A stretch of 31,566 nucleotides of DNA, taken from the IMG/VR virus record IMGVR_UViG_3300027707_000066, positions 1-31,566 of that record, one strand, 5' to 3'. Shown here piece by piece: positions 16,161 through 25,758 of this stretch. This DNA comes from a virus. Taxonomy: Duplodnaviria; Caudoviricetes. The position numbers and the translations under genes were made by a program. Within the stretch, counting starts at the first letter, position 1; the number at the start of each line of letters is the position of its first letter. A model generated the notes under the pieces. It was not told the origin of the DNA. It saw only the letters and a program-made list of their open reading frames with translations, and searched no databases.

Positions 16161-16409
16161 TCACTTCGCTGCGGTGCTCTCCGCGATCTTGTCCGCCACC
16201 GCGCGGCGGTAGCGCAGGTAGAGGCTGTCGGTCATGTACCAGCCATCCCTCGGCGGCGTGTAGGCGGTGCCGGCCTTGAGCCTCACCACGGCGTCGTCAC
16301 TCTGGACGATGACGATCCGGTGAGCGCAGCCGGTCCAGAGCATCGAGGTCAGCAAGGCCGTGAGCAGAAGCCTCTGGCGCAAGTCCTGGCGGGGTCGTGG
16401 CAATGTCAT
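16161..16409 (-). CDS. Outer-membrane lipoprotein, o-spanin (Rz1-like)
   Basis: Basic N-terminus, hydrophobic stretch and lipobox LWTG-C. Overlaps the 3' end of the i-spanin candidate. Confidence 0.65.
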   Translation of the reverse strand: MTLPRPRQDLRQRLLLTALLTSMLWTGCAHRIVIVQSDDAVVRLKAGTAYTPPRDGWYMTDSLYLRYRRAVADKIAESTAAK

Positions 16410-16548
16410 GGGCAGCGGTGTCGATGCGGCGGTTGCGGGCGGTCTCGGGGTCGGCAGCGCGGTCCTGGCGGCTGGTAATCCAGCGCGCGAGCGCAGGGGC
16501 CAGAGCCGCCAGGAGCGCCAGCAGCGCGCCGATGATGGCGATGGTCAC
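16297..16548 (-). CDS. Inner-membrane i-spanin (Rz-like)
   Basis: N-terminal TM IAIIGALLALLAALAPALA followed by a helical tail. GTGA-coupled to the holin. Confidence 0.6.
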   Translation of the reverse strand: MTIAIIGALLALLAALAPALARWITSRQDRAADPETARNRRIDTAAHDIATTPPGLAPEASAHGLADLDALDRLRSPDRHRPE

Positions 16549-16724
16549 GGCTTGTTCGCCGTGGCGGAGCGCGCGGCGATGATGCCCCACACAACGGAGA
16601 TGAGGCCGAGGAGCGAGCCGACGATGGTCTCGGCTCCCGCGGAGTCGGTGATGCCCTTCGTCACGAGCACGCCGGCCCCGACTTTGAGGACAGAGCGGAG
16701 GATGGATTGATAGGTTTCGTTCAT
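16545..16724 (-). CDS. Holin (2-TM, Pam3-gp28-like)
   Basis: SILRSVLKVGAGVLVTKG...IVGSLLGLISVVWGII, 59 aa. Confidence 0.75.
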   Translation of the reverse strand: MNETYQSILRSVLKVGAGVLVTKGITDSAGAETIVGSLLGLISVVWGIIAARSATANKP

Positions 16725-16726
16725 GT

Positions 16727-17062
16727 TCAGTTTTTGGTGGAGGTCTTGCTTCGGTTCCGAAGGTCTTTTCGCAGGCGGACGATGTACCACGCCAGCCCTA
16801 CGGCCGCGGCGCATAGGCCGATGACGTGGGTCGCGAAGGTGACCACTACGTCGGCGCTGTGCAGTGTCGCGAGAACGCTGCCGCCGCCAACCGGCAGAGC
16901 GGCCTTGACTGTGTCCATGATGAAAGCCCCGGAGCGATTGGTGGTCTCGGTGACGAGGTTGTCAGATGGGTCCATGGTATCAGTTTGGAGTTCCGACGTT
17001 GTAAAGATTGGTGACTTAGTTTCTGGTCGGCAAGCGCCAAGGGTCGTGTGGCATGGGTTCAT
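16727..17062 (-). CDS. Holin/antiholin-like membrane protein
   Basis: TM segment VVVTFATHVIGLCAAAVGLAWYIV plus basic C-terminus. ATGA-coupled start at 17062; an alternative ATG lies about 16975. Confidence 0.55.
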   Translation of the reverse strand: MNPCHTTLGACRPETKSPIFTTSELQTDTMDPSDNLVTETTNRSGAFIMDTVKAALPVGGGSVLATLHSADVVVTFATHVIGLCAAAVGLAWYIVRLRKDLRNRSKTSTKN

Positions 17063-18489
17063 GGGGCGGTCGAGAACGTGCCGCTGTTGTAGAGGTGGGC
17101 GCGGACGGTGCTGCTCAGATTCCTGCCGGTGTACCAACGCAACTTTCCGAGATAACCATTCACGTTTCCGGGATACCCCGAGTAAAGTCTTCGACCAATC
17201 GTCGCGGCGGTAGCGGTTGTCGCCTGCAAACTTCCAGTGTACGTGCTCGTTAAGAAACTGCCGTTGTTGAAATTTATCCCTATCGTTTTTGCCGTAGAAT
17301 CGTGATAAGCGTTCACGAAATACCACGCGCTAGTAGATGGAGTCGGGCCGCCCGATACGACCACGTCAACGACATCTGACTTGAACAGCTCTATGGTCGC
17401 GCCAGTCTTGAAAGTGGCGTATCCATATACTGTGAACTGACGCCCCCCGGCGCTGGTGCTGTCCTGCGCGAACAGAATGGATGCGTCCCCATCTCCAGTG
17501 AGCGCATTCAGGTACATCCATCCCGTGAACTCCCAGCTCACGGTAGGGTTGAAATTGGAATCAGTGCGCGAGAAGTAATTCGACGTGGTGAACGGCCCGC
17601 GCGAGCTTGCAGTAGCCCCACTACCGGCCCCGACAGAACCGGTCTGCGTCATAGTGCGGGAGTTTCCAGACGAGTCTAGCGCGTTGCCTGATGCTTCGTT
17701 CAGTGGGTAGTAGGCGACAAGGCCAGTGGTGATGTCGGGCGCCAACACATCAGTGTTGTAGAGATTGGTCAGCTCGGTTCCAGAAAGAAGCCGCGTGTAA
17801 ACGCGAAGGTGCTGGATGTACCCAGTGAAAGGTGACGCCACGGTGTCAGAAACTGGAGCGCCCACGTTGAATGTCTGAGACGAAGGAGATCCCATCGCCG
17901 TTGCCGATGATGAATTGGTAGCGGAAGTTGATACGTTCACCGACACCGACAGTGCGTTGGCCGGCTGATTGTACTGCGCGACGATGAAATTCCATGTGTT
18001 CACGTTGGTCGCGAACGCTCCGAGCCCGATTGCCTTTGTCCCATTGGTGGAATCCCGCATCCACAAGGTGACATCAGTGTTGTCTACGCCGTCATTGTAC
18101 GGGCCAAGAAGTTTGAAGTGCCAGTTAGTTGAGCTTCCTGATTGGATGATGACGGAACCTAGGTTCGTGTAATAGTAGGAGGACTTCACCCACGCCGTGA
18201 CCGTGAAACTATTCGACCCCATGTTTGGGGCGAAGCTGTCCGAGTGGCTGAAATAGTCGTTGGTAGTGTAGGTTCCTCGACCAAAATACACCGCCCCCAC
18301 GGTCCCGGATTGTGTGAAGTTGGGGCCGGTCGTGGCGATGGCGTTACCGCTGGCCTCGGCAAGCGGCAGGTAGAGTTGCGGCGAGTTCGTGTCCGCGGAC
18401 CCCTTCCACGTCGAGAGCGCGTGAAAGAACCTGAACTGCGCGCAGGCCGGAAGGCACAGCGCCAAGAGTATCGCCAACTTGGTTTTCAT
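17059..18489 (-). CDS. Tandem LamG/concanavalin-A-like domain protein with N-terminal signal peptide
   Basis: Two repeats of YxPLxEASGNA...FT(V/G)W...W(N/Y)F...GY(I/L)xxLRxY. N-terminus MKTKLAILLALCLPACA-Q. Confidence 0.8.
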   Translation of the reverse strand: MKTKLAILLALCLPACAQFRFFHALSTWKGSADTNSPQLYLPLAEASGNAIATTGPNFTQSGTVGAVYFGRGTYTTNDYFSHSDSFAPNMGSNSFTVTAWVKSSYYYTNLGSVIIQSGSSTNWHFKLLGPYNDGVDNTDVTLWMRDSTNGTKAIGLGAFATNVNTWNFIVAQYNQPANALSVSVNVSTSATNSSSATAMGSPSSQTFNVGAPVSDTVASPFTGYIQHLRVYTRLLSGTELTNLYNTDVLAPDITTGLVAYYPLNEASGNALDSSGNSRTMTQTGSVGAGSGATASSRGPFTTSNYFSRTDSNFNPTVSWEFTGWMYLNALTGDGDASILFAQDSTSAGGRQFTVYGYATFKTGATIELFKSDVVDVVVSGGPTPSTSAWYFVNAYHDSTAKTIGINFNNGSFLTSTYTGSLQATTATAATIGRRLYSGYPGNVNGYLGKLRWYTGRNLSSTVRAHLYNSGTFSTAP

Positions 18490-21400
18490 CAGGTGCCAGT
18501 GTCGCCGGCCAGGACGAACGTGGTTGAAGACAGTCCGTAGAGCGTCACCGCGGCGTACTGGCCGAACGTCTTGGTCTGCGAGTGCGCGTTGCTGACCGTG
18601 GTTCCGGACGCAGTAAACGTCACCTGGCCCGCGCCCTTCTGGATGAACGTGCAGGAGAAGCCGGCCGAGAGCGTCGGGACCGTCACCGTGATGGCCGCCG
18701 CGTTGTTGAGTGTGACGACCTTGCCGTTGTCGGTGGAAAGCACGGTGTAGGTCGTGCCGGTCTGTGTGTTTTCAGTCACGGAGATGTCGGTTGATGGAAT
18801 GGTCGCGCTGGCCGTCAGACCGCTGCCGTTGCCGCTGACGTGTCCATTTAAGGTCGTCGTGACCGCAAGCGTCCCCGTGGTGGTTACAGGCGAGCCGCTA
18901 ACGGACAAGCCCGACGGCACCGTCATAGCGACGCTTGTCACGGTCCCGCTGCCGGTGCCGGCCCCAATGTCGGAGCGGAACTCGGCCGCGGTTCGGGTCT
19001 TAATCCCAGCGAATGCGCTCGATGGATTGGCGGTGAACACCGGGAAGTAGGTTCCGGCTAATCCGGATGCTGGTGCCCGGATATAAGTGTTCTGACCATT
19101 GACGTACAATTCACCCGTCCCCAGGCTTAAGTAACCGCCCTGCAATACAGTGCCAGTGATCGACGTACCGCTTCTAGAAATGGTTATGGCAGGCACGTCG
19201 ATGGAACCTCCATCGTAAAGCCGCAACTGGTATTCACCGGTCGATGCCACCGTTGTGTACCATACCCGATTGGTCGAGGCGGCAGAAGTGTTGGCCTGAG
19301 ATAAATAAGGAGAGCTGCTGGATATGGCAGCAGAATCCATCAGCGGCAAAATCAACGTCGGACTGTTGTTGAACACCGTAACACCGGTGCCGGTTTCGTC
19401 GGTGATTGCAGCCCGGAGATTGGCGCTGGTCATTGCTCCGAGCGCCGTAGCCACTCCGGTTCCGAGGCCGGAGACGCCGGTCGAGATAGGCAGTCCGGTG
19501 GCGGAGGTGAGCGTGCCCGACGAGGGTGTTCCCAGCGCGCCGCCATTGACCACAGGTGCGCCAGCGCTGCCGACGTTGATACCGAGCGCGGTTGCGACAC
19601 CAGTGCCGAGGCCGGTAAGTGTTGCTGCCGCGGCCGTGACGGTGATGTTAGCCGTTCCGTCGAACGATGTGCCGTTGATGGTCCGCGCAGTGGTCAGGTT
19701 AGCCGCAGACCCATCCCCGTTTGCGGTGTAGTTTAGCGTTGTGCTGGCAGTTGCCAGAGCCGTAGCACCGACGACCGGCTTACTGACTGGCGTGAAGTAA
19801 CCCACCAGATCCACAGACAGCGTCACCGGGTCCGCGTTGGCGACGTAGACATCCAGCCCGATCTGATAGCTACTGGAAAGCGTCGAGAGTCGGGCCTGAG
19901 AAACCACAGCCGACGGCCCGTAGCCATAGGTCTGGCGAAGGATTGGAGTTCCGTTATAGAGCGCACTCGCATCGAACTCCCAGACGTTGGCCCGGTATTG
20001 GTCCAGCGCAGAAACCTTCACGTGACCAAGGATGTCAAATGTCCGGTAGATCCCGGCCGTGGCGATGCGATACCAACCCGCCCCGCCGCTCAGTGTCGCC
20101 GTGATGCGCTGCACCCGTGTGCCATCGTTTCCGCGCAGCCAGCCGATTTCGGAAGAGGGTGCAGCACGGCTTTCAGCGGCGGTCCGGCCTTGCTGATTAG
20201 GACCCATGCTGACAGACCACCATTTGCCGATCAGCGCGTTGGCATTCGGGTTGATCTGCCAGCAGCCATACCGTGCCGCGATGGTGGGTATGCTGGCGTC
20301 CGACACGCTGACAGGGACACCTTGCGGCGGAAAGACCGTGATGTTAGTGCCATTGATTTCGTATGCGATGTCGTAAGGGACTCCGCTTATCAAATCGTGG
20401 GTGCCTGACGTGATGCCGGTTTGCACGCCCGCAACATACTTGCTGAGAGCCCAAGATGTTGGAGAGACCAACAGGTGAAGCATCGTAGAAAGGCTCTGGT
20501 AGCTCTGGTCGGAAATCAGCGTGAGAGTCTGAATCGACCTGTCGTCGGTCCCGGACCCAGGAGAGAACGAGAATGTCCCGCTGATACGGCTGATGGCCGC
20601 ACCATAGTCCAGATAGGCATAGACGTTTGTGCCGCTTGAAAATTGCCGGTTGGTGATACCGGCCGAAAGGTAGCCCGTGCCGGTGAGCCCCCAAGTCTGC
20701 CCGGTTGGCGTGGTCCTTCCGTTGAGGGCAACATCTGCCGCGGCGAAGTCATCGTACATGAACGTGCCGAGCGTGTCGGCCGAGCCGAAGGCGGGAGCGC
20801 GCACGCCTTGCGATGCGGCTAGGGATGTGGCCACTCCGGTGCCGAGTCCTGTAACACCGGTCGAGATAGGCAGTCCGGTGGCGGAGGTGAGCGTGCCCGA
20901 CGAAGGCGTTCCAAGCGCTCCGCCGTTGACCACGGGAGCGCCAGCGGTTCCGACGTTAACCCCGAGCGCCGTGCTGACTCCGGTGCCGAGGCCCGACAAT
21001 CCGGTGACGGGAATTGTGATGTTCGCCGTACCGTCAAATGACACTCCGCTGATGGTACGCGCCGTAGTCAGCGATCCCGCGGTCCCGTTGCCAGTGCTGG
21101 AAAACGCCAACGTCGTGCTCGCAGTCGGAAGAACCGTTGCGCCCACAACCGGGATGCTGACCGGCGTGAAGAATCCGACAAACTCCGCCGTCAGCGTGTT
21201 GGTTTGCGCGTTGGCGACGTACACGTCGAGCGCGGTGGTAAGAGAGCCTGAATCGGTCGAGAGCCGCACTTGACCGATTGTTCCTCCAGCGTAGCCAAAA
21301 CCATAGGTCTGCCGAAGTGTCGGCGTGCCGTTGTAGATGGTGCTAGCGTCGAACTCCCACAGTTGATTCCGATACGGGTCAACGGAAGTCAGCTTGACGT

Positions 21401-22943
21401 GACCCATGTTTAGCACGGTCAGGTAATTTGCAGAAGTCGCTATGCGATACCACCCGGTGCCGTTAAGTGTGGAAGTGACACGTTGGACTCGCGTGCCGCC
21501 TTCGCCGCGAAGCCATCCGATGTCGGGTGCGGCGGCGGCTTGATTTGCCGCAGCAAGTCTGCCTTGCTGCTCTGGCCCCATTGATACACGCATCCATTTT
21601 CCAATCAGTCCGTTTGCGTCGGGCCTGACTTGCCAGCAGCCGTATCTGGCGTTGATTGTCCCGATGTCGGTGTCGGTGATGGATGCGGGCGCGCCCTGCG
21701 GGGGATAGACCGTCACGGTGTTTCCGCTGATTTCGTAAGCGATGTTGTATGGTACGTTGCTGAGTAGGTCGTGCGTCCCAATCAGTATGTCAACAAATGC
21801 GCCGCCACTAAGACGCTTTTGAAGCGTCCAAGAAGTCGGAGAAACAAACAAGTGGAGCATGTTTGTCAGTCCGAGAATCTGAGCATCCGCAATCAGCACC
21901 ACAATCGCGGTGGACCGGATGTCGGTGCCAGTCCCGGAGCTGTACATGAACGTGCCAGCAATGCGAGGGATGGCAGCCCCGTAATCCAGGTAGGCGTAGG
22001 TGTTTCCCGTGGCCGTGTACTGCCGGTTGGTCACGCCGGCCGTCAGGTATCCTGCCCCCGAGAGATACCACGTCTGGCCGGTGGGTGTCACCAGCCCATT
22101 AAGCGTTGCATCAGCGCGATCAAAGTCGTCGAAGACATAGTTGGTCTGCTGGCGGGATGCGCCAGCGATGGCGATGTCGCGCGAGGTCTTGTTGACCACG
22201 CCGTTGCCGGTAGTCGGGACGGTGGCGGTGGTGAGTCCCACGGCCACGCCGTTGGTGGTGTCGAGCTTGGTCGCGGACGCGATGTAGGCAGCGGTACCAA
22301 AGGTTCCGCCCGCGGCACTGACCAAGCTGGAACCTGTCACGCCGCTGGCAAGGGTTGAGCCGGTGAGCGTGCCCGCCGCGGCGGTGACTGTGATGGCGGC
22401 GGTGCCGTCGAACGACACGCCATTGATGGCTCGCGCCGTTTGGAGCGCCGTGGCGGTGCCGGCGTTGCCCGTGATGGTGGTCTGGTCGCCGGTGTTCACG
22501 CCGGAGCTGGTGCCGGAGAAGGTGCCGCTCTGGGTGGCCAAGGTGCCGAGCCCAAGGTTGGTGCGCGCCGTGGCCGCGGATGCCAGGTCGGAGAGGTTGC
22601 TTGCCTTGGCAAGCGCCAGAGCTGCGGCGGCATCCAGCGCGGTCTTGTTGACCACGGCGTTTCCGTTGGTCGGGACGGTGGCGGTGGTGAGGCCCACGGC
22701 CACGCCATTGGTGGCGTCGAGCTTGGAGGCGGTGGCGGCCGCCGCAAAATTGGTGGCAAGCTGCGCAATCGAGACGCCGCGAAGCGCCGGGAAGGTGGAG
22801 TCATCCAGCGCGATGCGGCCATTGGTGGGGATGGTGGTGGTGAGCGGGAGGTCCTTTATTCGCGTGCCTTGCGCGCGCGCGGGGACCGCGACCGCAACCG
22901 CGACCGCGAGGAGGAGGGAAAGCAGCAGGCGAAGACGGCGCAT
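18489..22943 (-). CDS. Fibre-like protein (1484 aa) with signal peptide and a duplicated globular module
   Basis: Tail-fibre motifs NLSDLASAATARTNLGLG, 3 x TARxIxGxSFDGTAxIT and LGTPSSGTLT. C-terminal TTYTVLSTDNGKVVTLNNAAAITVTVP domain. N-terminus MRRLRLLLSLLLAVAVAVAVPARA-Q. Confidence 0.8.
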   Translation of the reverse strand: MRRLRLLLSLLLAVAVAVAVPARAQGTRIKDLPLTTTIPTNGRIALDDSTFPALRGVSIAQLATNFAAAATASKLDATNGVAVGLTTATVPTNGNAVVNKTALDAAAALALAKASNLSDLASAATARTNLGLGTLATQSGTFSGTSSGVNTGDQTTITGNAGTATALQTARAINGVSFDGTAAITVTAAAGTLTGSTLASGVTGSSLVSAAGGTFGTAAYIASATKLDTTNGVAVGLTTATVPTTGNGVVNKTSRDIAIAGASRQQTNYVFDDFDRADATLNGLVTPTGQTWYLSGAGYLTAGVTNRQYTATGNTYAYLDYGAAIPRIAGTFMYSSGTGTDIRSTAIVVLIADAQILGLTNMLHLFVSPTSWTLQKRLSGGAFVDILIGTHDLLSNVPYNIAYEISGNTVTVYPPQGAPASITDTDIGTINARYGCWQVRPDANGLIGKWMRVSMGPEQQGRLAAANQAAAAPDIGWLRGEGGTRVQRVTSTLNGTGWYRIATSANYLTVLNMGHVKLTSVDPYRNQLWEFDASTIYNGTPTLRQTYGFGYAGGTIGQVRLSTDSGSLTTALDVYVANAQTNTLTAEFVGFFTPVSIPVVGATVLPTASTTLAFSSTGNGTAGSLTTARTISGVSFDGTANITIPVTGLSGLGTGVSTALGVNVGTAGAPVVNGGALGTPSSGTLTSATGLPISTGVTGLGTGVATSLAASQGVRAPAFGSADTLGTFMYDDFAAADVALNGRTTPTGQTWGLTGTGYLSAGITNRQFSSGTNVYAYLDYGAAISRISGTFSFSPGSGTDDRSIQTLTLISDQSYQSLSTMLHLLVSPTSWALSKYVAGVQTGITSGTHDLISGVPYDIAYEINGTNITVFPPQGVPVSVSDASIPTIAARYGCWQINPNANALIGKWWSVSMGPNQQGRTAAESRAAPSSEIGWLRGNDGTRVQRITATLSGGAGWYRIATAGIYRTFDILGHVKVSALDQYRANVWEFDASALYNGTPILRQTYGYGPSAVVSQARLSTLSSSYQIGLDVYVANADPVTLSVDLVGYFTPVSKPVVGATALATASTTLNYTANGDGSAANLTTARTINGTSFDGTANITVTAAAATLTGLGTGVATALGINVGSAGAPVVNGGALGTPSSGTLTSATGLPISTGVSGLGTGVATALGAMTSANLRAAITDETGTGVTVFNNSPTLILPLMDSAAISSSSPYLSQANTSAASTNRVWYTTVASTGEYQLRLYDGGSIDVPAITISRSGTSITGTVLQGGYLSLGTGELYVNGQNTYIRAPASGLAGTYFPVFTANPSSAFAGIKTRTAAEFRSDIGAGTGSGTVTSVAMTVPSGLSVSGSPVTTTGTLAVTTTLNGHVSGNGSGLTASATIPSTDISVTENTQTGTTYTVLSTDNGKVVTLNNAAAITVTVPTLSAGFSCTFIQKGAGQVTFTASGTTVSNAHSQTKTFGQYAAVTLYGLSSTTFVLAGDTGT
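19451..22140 (-). repeat. About 1.38-kb diverged tandem duplication within the fibre gene
   Basis: Identical 47-bp block at 19477-19523 and 20857-20903 (offset 1380). The modules beginning DDF..D..LNG..TPTGQTW are clearly homologous. Confidence 0.85.
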
Positions 22944-22961
22944 GTCAACCGATGGGGGCGC

Positions 22962-22977
22962 GCGTCCATGGTGGCGG
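22962..22977 (-). promoter_or_regulatory. 16-bp motif copy 2, upstream of the fibre gene
   Basis: Exact copy, followed by TCGGTTG just before the ATG. Confidence 0.6.
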
Positions 22978-23087
22978 CGCGGCGCGAAGCGCCGAAGGCA
23001 AAAGGGAGAAGGAAAAAGAAAAAAAGGGGTAGTCGTGGCGCGCGGCGTGTCTCGGTCCTTTTGCCTTCTACCTTTTGCCTTTTGCCT

Positions 23088-23882
23088 TTACGTAGCTTTG
23101 ACCCGCGCCCGGCGGGCGATGGCGCGGAGGGTCTGCTCGAGCTGCTTCGGCAGCAGCTGCCGGCGGACTTTCAGCGCGGCATCCATGATGCGCAGCTCGC
23201 GGCCGGCCTCTTGGATGTGGGGGACGTTGTTGCCCAGGGTCATCACCGGCGCGGAGGCGGTGCCTTCCTCGGTGTAGACGCCATCGCCACCGAGCGCGCG
23301 CACGTAGGCGGGGCGATGACGGGAAGCCAGCCCCACGCCATCGGCGGCGGTGTTCCAGCCGCTCTTGCCCAGGCCGACGAATCGGAGGCGGTCGGCCAAG
23401 AACTCGCGGCGGGCGGCTTCGTTGTGCACAAAGATGCTCTTGGCGGTCTTGGCCACTCGGCCGCGGGAATTGCGGGCGGCGCGGTGCAGTGCGCGGGTGG
23501 GCTCGAGCTCGGCTGTCTGCTGCCAATGGCCCCGCGTGAGGAGCTGGTTGGCCAGGTTGATGTCGCCGACCTTGACCGCGCGCGCGATGGCGGCACCAAG
23601 CGTGCCCTTGGTTTTCATCATGGCGTCGAGCTGCTTGCGGCCTTTGAACAACCGGGTGAGGTCCCGGGTGACACTGGCGCGGCCGATCTTGCGTTGCTCG
23701 TTGTGGGATTGCTGGCGGGCGCCCTTGAAGATGTTCGGCGGGGTGAACTTGATGAGGTCGGCCACGAGCGGGCGGCCGAGGTCTTCGCGCAACGCGCGCC
23801 GCAGCTCCTTGCCGGTGGCGGCGGCAAGGGCGCGGAGGGCGTTCTCAAGCTGGGCGGTCTCGACTTTGATGCCGAAGGTCAT
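23088..23882 (-). CDS. Neck / tail-completion protein (HK97-gp10/gpZ-like, basic)
   Basis: Arg/Ala-rich, KFTPP...VGLGKSGW...NNVPHI. Follows the head-closure gene. Confidence 0.6.
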   Translation of the reverse strand: MTFGIKVETAQLENALRALAAATGKELRRALREDLGRPLVADLIKFTPPNIFKGARQQSHNEQRKIGRASVTRDLTRLFKGRKQLDAMMKTKGTLGAAIARAVKVGDINLANQLLTRGHWQQTAELEPTRALHRAARNSRGRVAKTAKSIFVHNEAARREFLADRLRFVGLGKSGWNTAADGVGLASRHRPAYVRALGGDGVYTEEGTASAPVMTLGNNVPHIQEAGRELRIMDAALKVRRQLLPKQLEQTLRAIARRARVKAT

Positions 23883-23973
23883 GGGGAAAGGCAAAAGGGA
23901 GAAGGAAAAAGGAAAAAGGAGCGGAGGGCGGTCTCTTACTTTTGCCTTCTCCCTTTTGCCTTTTGCCTTGTCC

Positions 23974-24291
23974 TCACTGGTTCACGCCATTCAGTCCGAA
24001 GACAATCCCCGACGGGTCGTCGGTGATGTCGACGATGACGTAGGTGTGGCCGTTGCAGAGCAGCCGCCCACCGGTCTTGGGGAGCACGATGCCGGCAAAC
24101 TGGGCCTTGGCCGCGGTGAGCAGGGAATCGCACTCGATGCCGAAGCCGCCATCAGCCAGCTTGGTGCGGCGACGGTAGGCATCGAGGATGCCGACAAAAA
24201 GGGTGTCGGTGCCGGCCAGCTTGAAGGATTGGCCGCATACGGAGGCAGCGGCTTCGAGCGATGTGGCGCAGAGGGTGTCGAAGGCGTTCAT
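23974..24291 (-). CDS. Head-tail joining (head closure, gpFII-like) protein
   Basis: 105 aa, LADGGF...PKTGGRLLCNGHTYVIVDI. Directly after the capsid. Confidence 0.65.
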   Translation of the reverse strand: MNAFDTLCATSLEAAASVCGQSFKLAGTDTLFVGILDAYRRRTKLADGGFGIECDSLLTAAKAQFAGIVLPKTGGRLLCNGHTYVIVDITDDPSGIVFGLNGVNQ

Positions 24292-24390
24292 GGGAAAAAG
24301 CAAAAGGTAGAAGGCAAAAGGCAAAAGGAGGGACGCCCGGCCGCGGCACTTTTTCCTTCTCCCTTTTTCCTTCTTCCTTCAGCGAAGCTG

Positions 24391-24430
24391 AAAACCCCGC
24401 CCCTCGGGGAGCGAATCCGAAGGGCGGGGC
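24391..24430 (-). terminator. Rho-independent terminator after the major capsid gene
   Basis: Minus strand GCCCCGCCCTTCGG...CCGAGGGGCGGGG-TTTT. Confidence 0.7.
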
Positions 24431-24540
24431 GGTGCGGCGGTGGGTGAGTGAGCCAGTGAGCCAGTGAGCCAGTGAGTGAGTGAGTGCGGACGGCGTCAGC
24501 TTTCTGGCCTAGTGGCTCACTTGCCCACTCACCCACTTGC

Positions 24541-25707
24541 TTATCCGAGCAGGATGGAGATGTGCTCGGGCTTGATGACCTTGACGCCCCAGCAGGCGCG
24601 GACGTGGTAGGTGGCCATATCGATGCCAGGATAACCGGCAATCTCGAAGGAGATACCCGAGACGGGGTCGGTGACGATTTCTTTCATAAAGGCCAGGTCG
24701 CGCTCGACGGAGGACGGCAAGCGGGTGGCGAACACGATGGCGTTGCGGGAGAACCCGATGTTGCGCGCCGCGGCGGCGACCACGGTGATGGCGCGGGTGG
24801 CGACACCTTGCGCAACGCGGAGGCCGGGAGCGGCCAGCGTGATGGTGTCCGCGACGGCCGGATTTGCGCCGGCAAACGAGACCGCCGACACGACGTATTT
24901 GTTGCTGTCGTTGGCGAAGGTGATGATGTCGCCCGCGGCGACCACGCCGGTGCCGGCCGCCGCCATGGGGATGACGGTCTGGCCGACCGTGAAGGCGGCG
25001 CTGGTGGAGGTGGCGCTGGCCATCGCGCCTGCGGTGCTGGTGACAATCTGGGCGCTCTCGCGGAACTTCAACCCGTTGACATCGAGGATGACGCCCTGGC
25101 GGGTCATGTCGCCGTTGAGCGAGGTGTTGGCGTTGAGCGGGTTGTTGAGCAGCGTGCGCAGGGCAGCGCCGGCGGTGGTGTTGACCACGAGCGAGCGGTC
25201 GGCGCCGGGCGCACCGTTGTCGTCGAGGATTTTCTTGATCTGGGCGGACTCGCCGAGGTTGGTGCCGAAAGGGGTCGTGCCGGCGGTGCCGTAGGCGCGT
25301 GAAGCGCCGAGGTTGGCGGCGACCGCGATGTCGGACTCCATCTCGTTGACCGCGGCGCGCATCGCTTGGGCAATCTGGCCCTGATTGATGGTGAGGACGC
25401 CGGGGCCTTGGTTGATCGAGTACCGCTCTTCGTTGGTCCAGCTGAAGGGATAGGCGCGCTGCTTGGTGATGGTGAGCGCGACGTTGGCGACGGTCTGGTC
25501 GGCACGAGCCGGGAAGGCCATCGCGGGGGTGATGTCGAGGCCGGCGGTGTTCGCGGCGACGACGGGGATGCGGAGGGACTGGTTGATCGCGACGCGATCA
25601 GCGCTGGTGTCGCGAGAGATGCCGGGGATGAATCCGACCAACTCGCGGGAGACTACATCCATCGCCGCAAAGGCGTCTGGAATCAGGTTTGTGAGGGTGT
25701 TTGCCAT
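24541..25707 (-). CDS. Major capsid protein (P22 coat protein family-like)
   Basis: MANTLTNLIPDAFAAMDVVSRELVGFIP...TDPVSGISFEI...WGVKVIKPEH. Follows protease and scaffold, and is followed by a terminator. Confidence 0.88.
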   Translation of the reverse strand: MANTLTNLIPDAFAAMDVVSRELVGFIPGISRDTSADRVAINQSLRIPVVAANTAGLDITPAMAFPARADQTVANVALTITKQRAYPFSWTNEERYSINQGPGVLTINQGQIAQAMRAAVNEMESDIAVAANLGASRAYGTAGTTPFGTNLGESAQIKKILDDNGAPGADRSLVVNTTAGAALRTLLNNPLNANTSLNGDMTRQGVILDVNGLKFRESAQIVTSTAGAMASATSTSAAFTVGQTVIPMAAAGTGVVAAGDIITFANDSNKYVVSAVSFAGANPAVADTITLAAPGLRVAQGVATRAITVVAAAARNIGFSRNAIVFATRLPSSVERDLAFMKEIVTDPVSGISFEIAGYPGIDMATYHVRACWGVKVIKPEHISILLG

Positions 25708-25758
25708 GGTGGTCTAGGTGTTGAGTATCGACGGGGGTGGGTGTGGGCTGGGTGGTGG

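Noticed and set aside
22185-22724. Diversity-generating retroelement TR/VR pair in the fibre gene
   Set aside because: Mismatches between copies are not adenine-specific, both copies are in-frame coding, and no reverse transcriptase is in the window.
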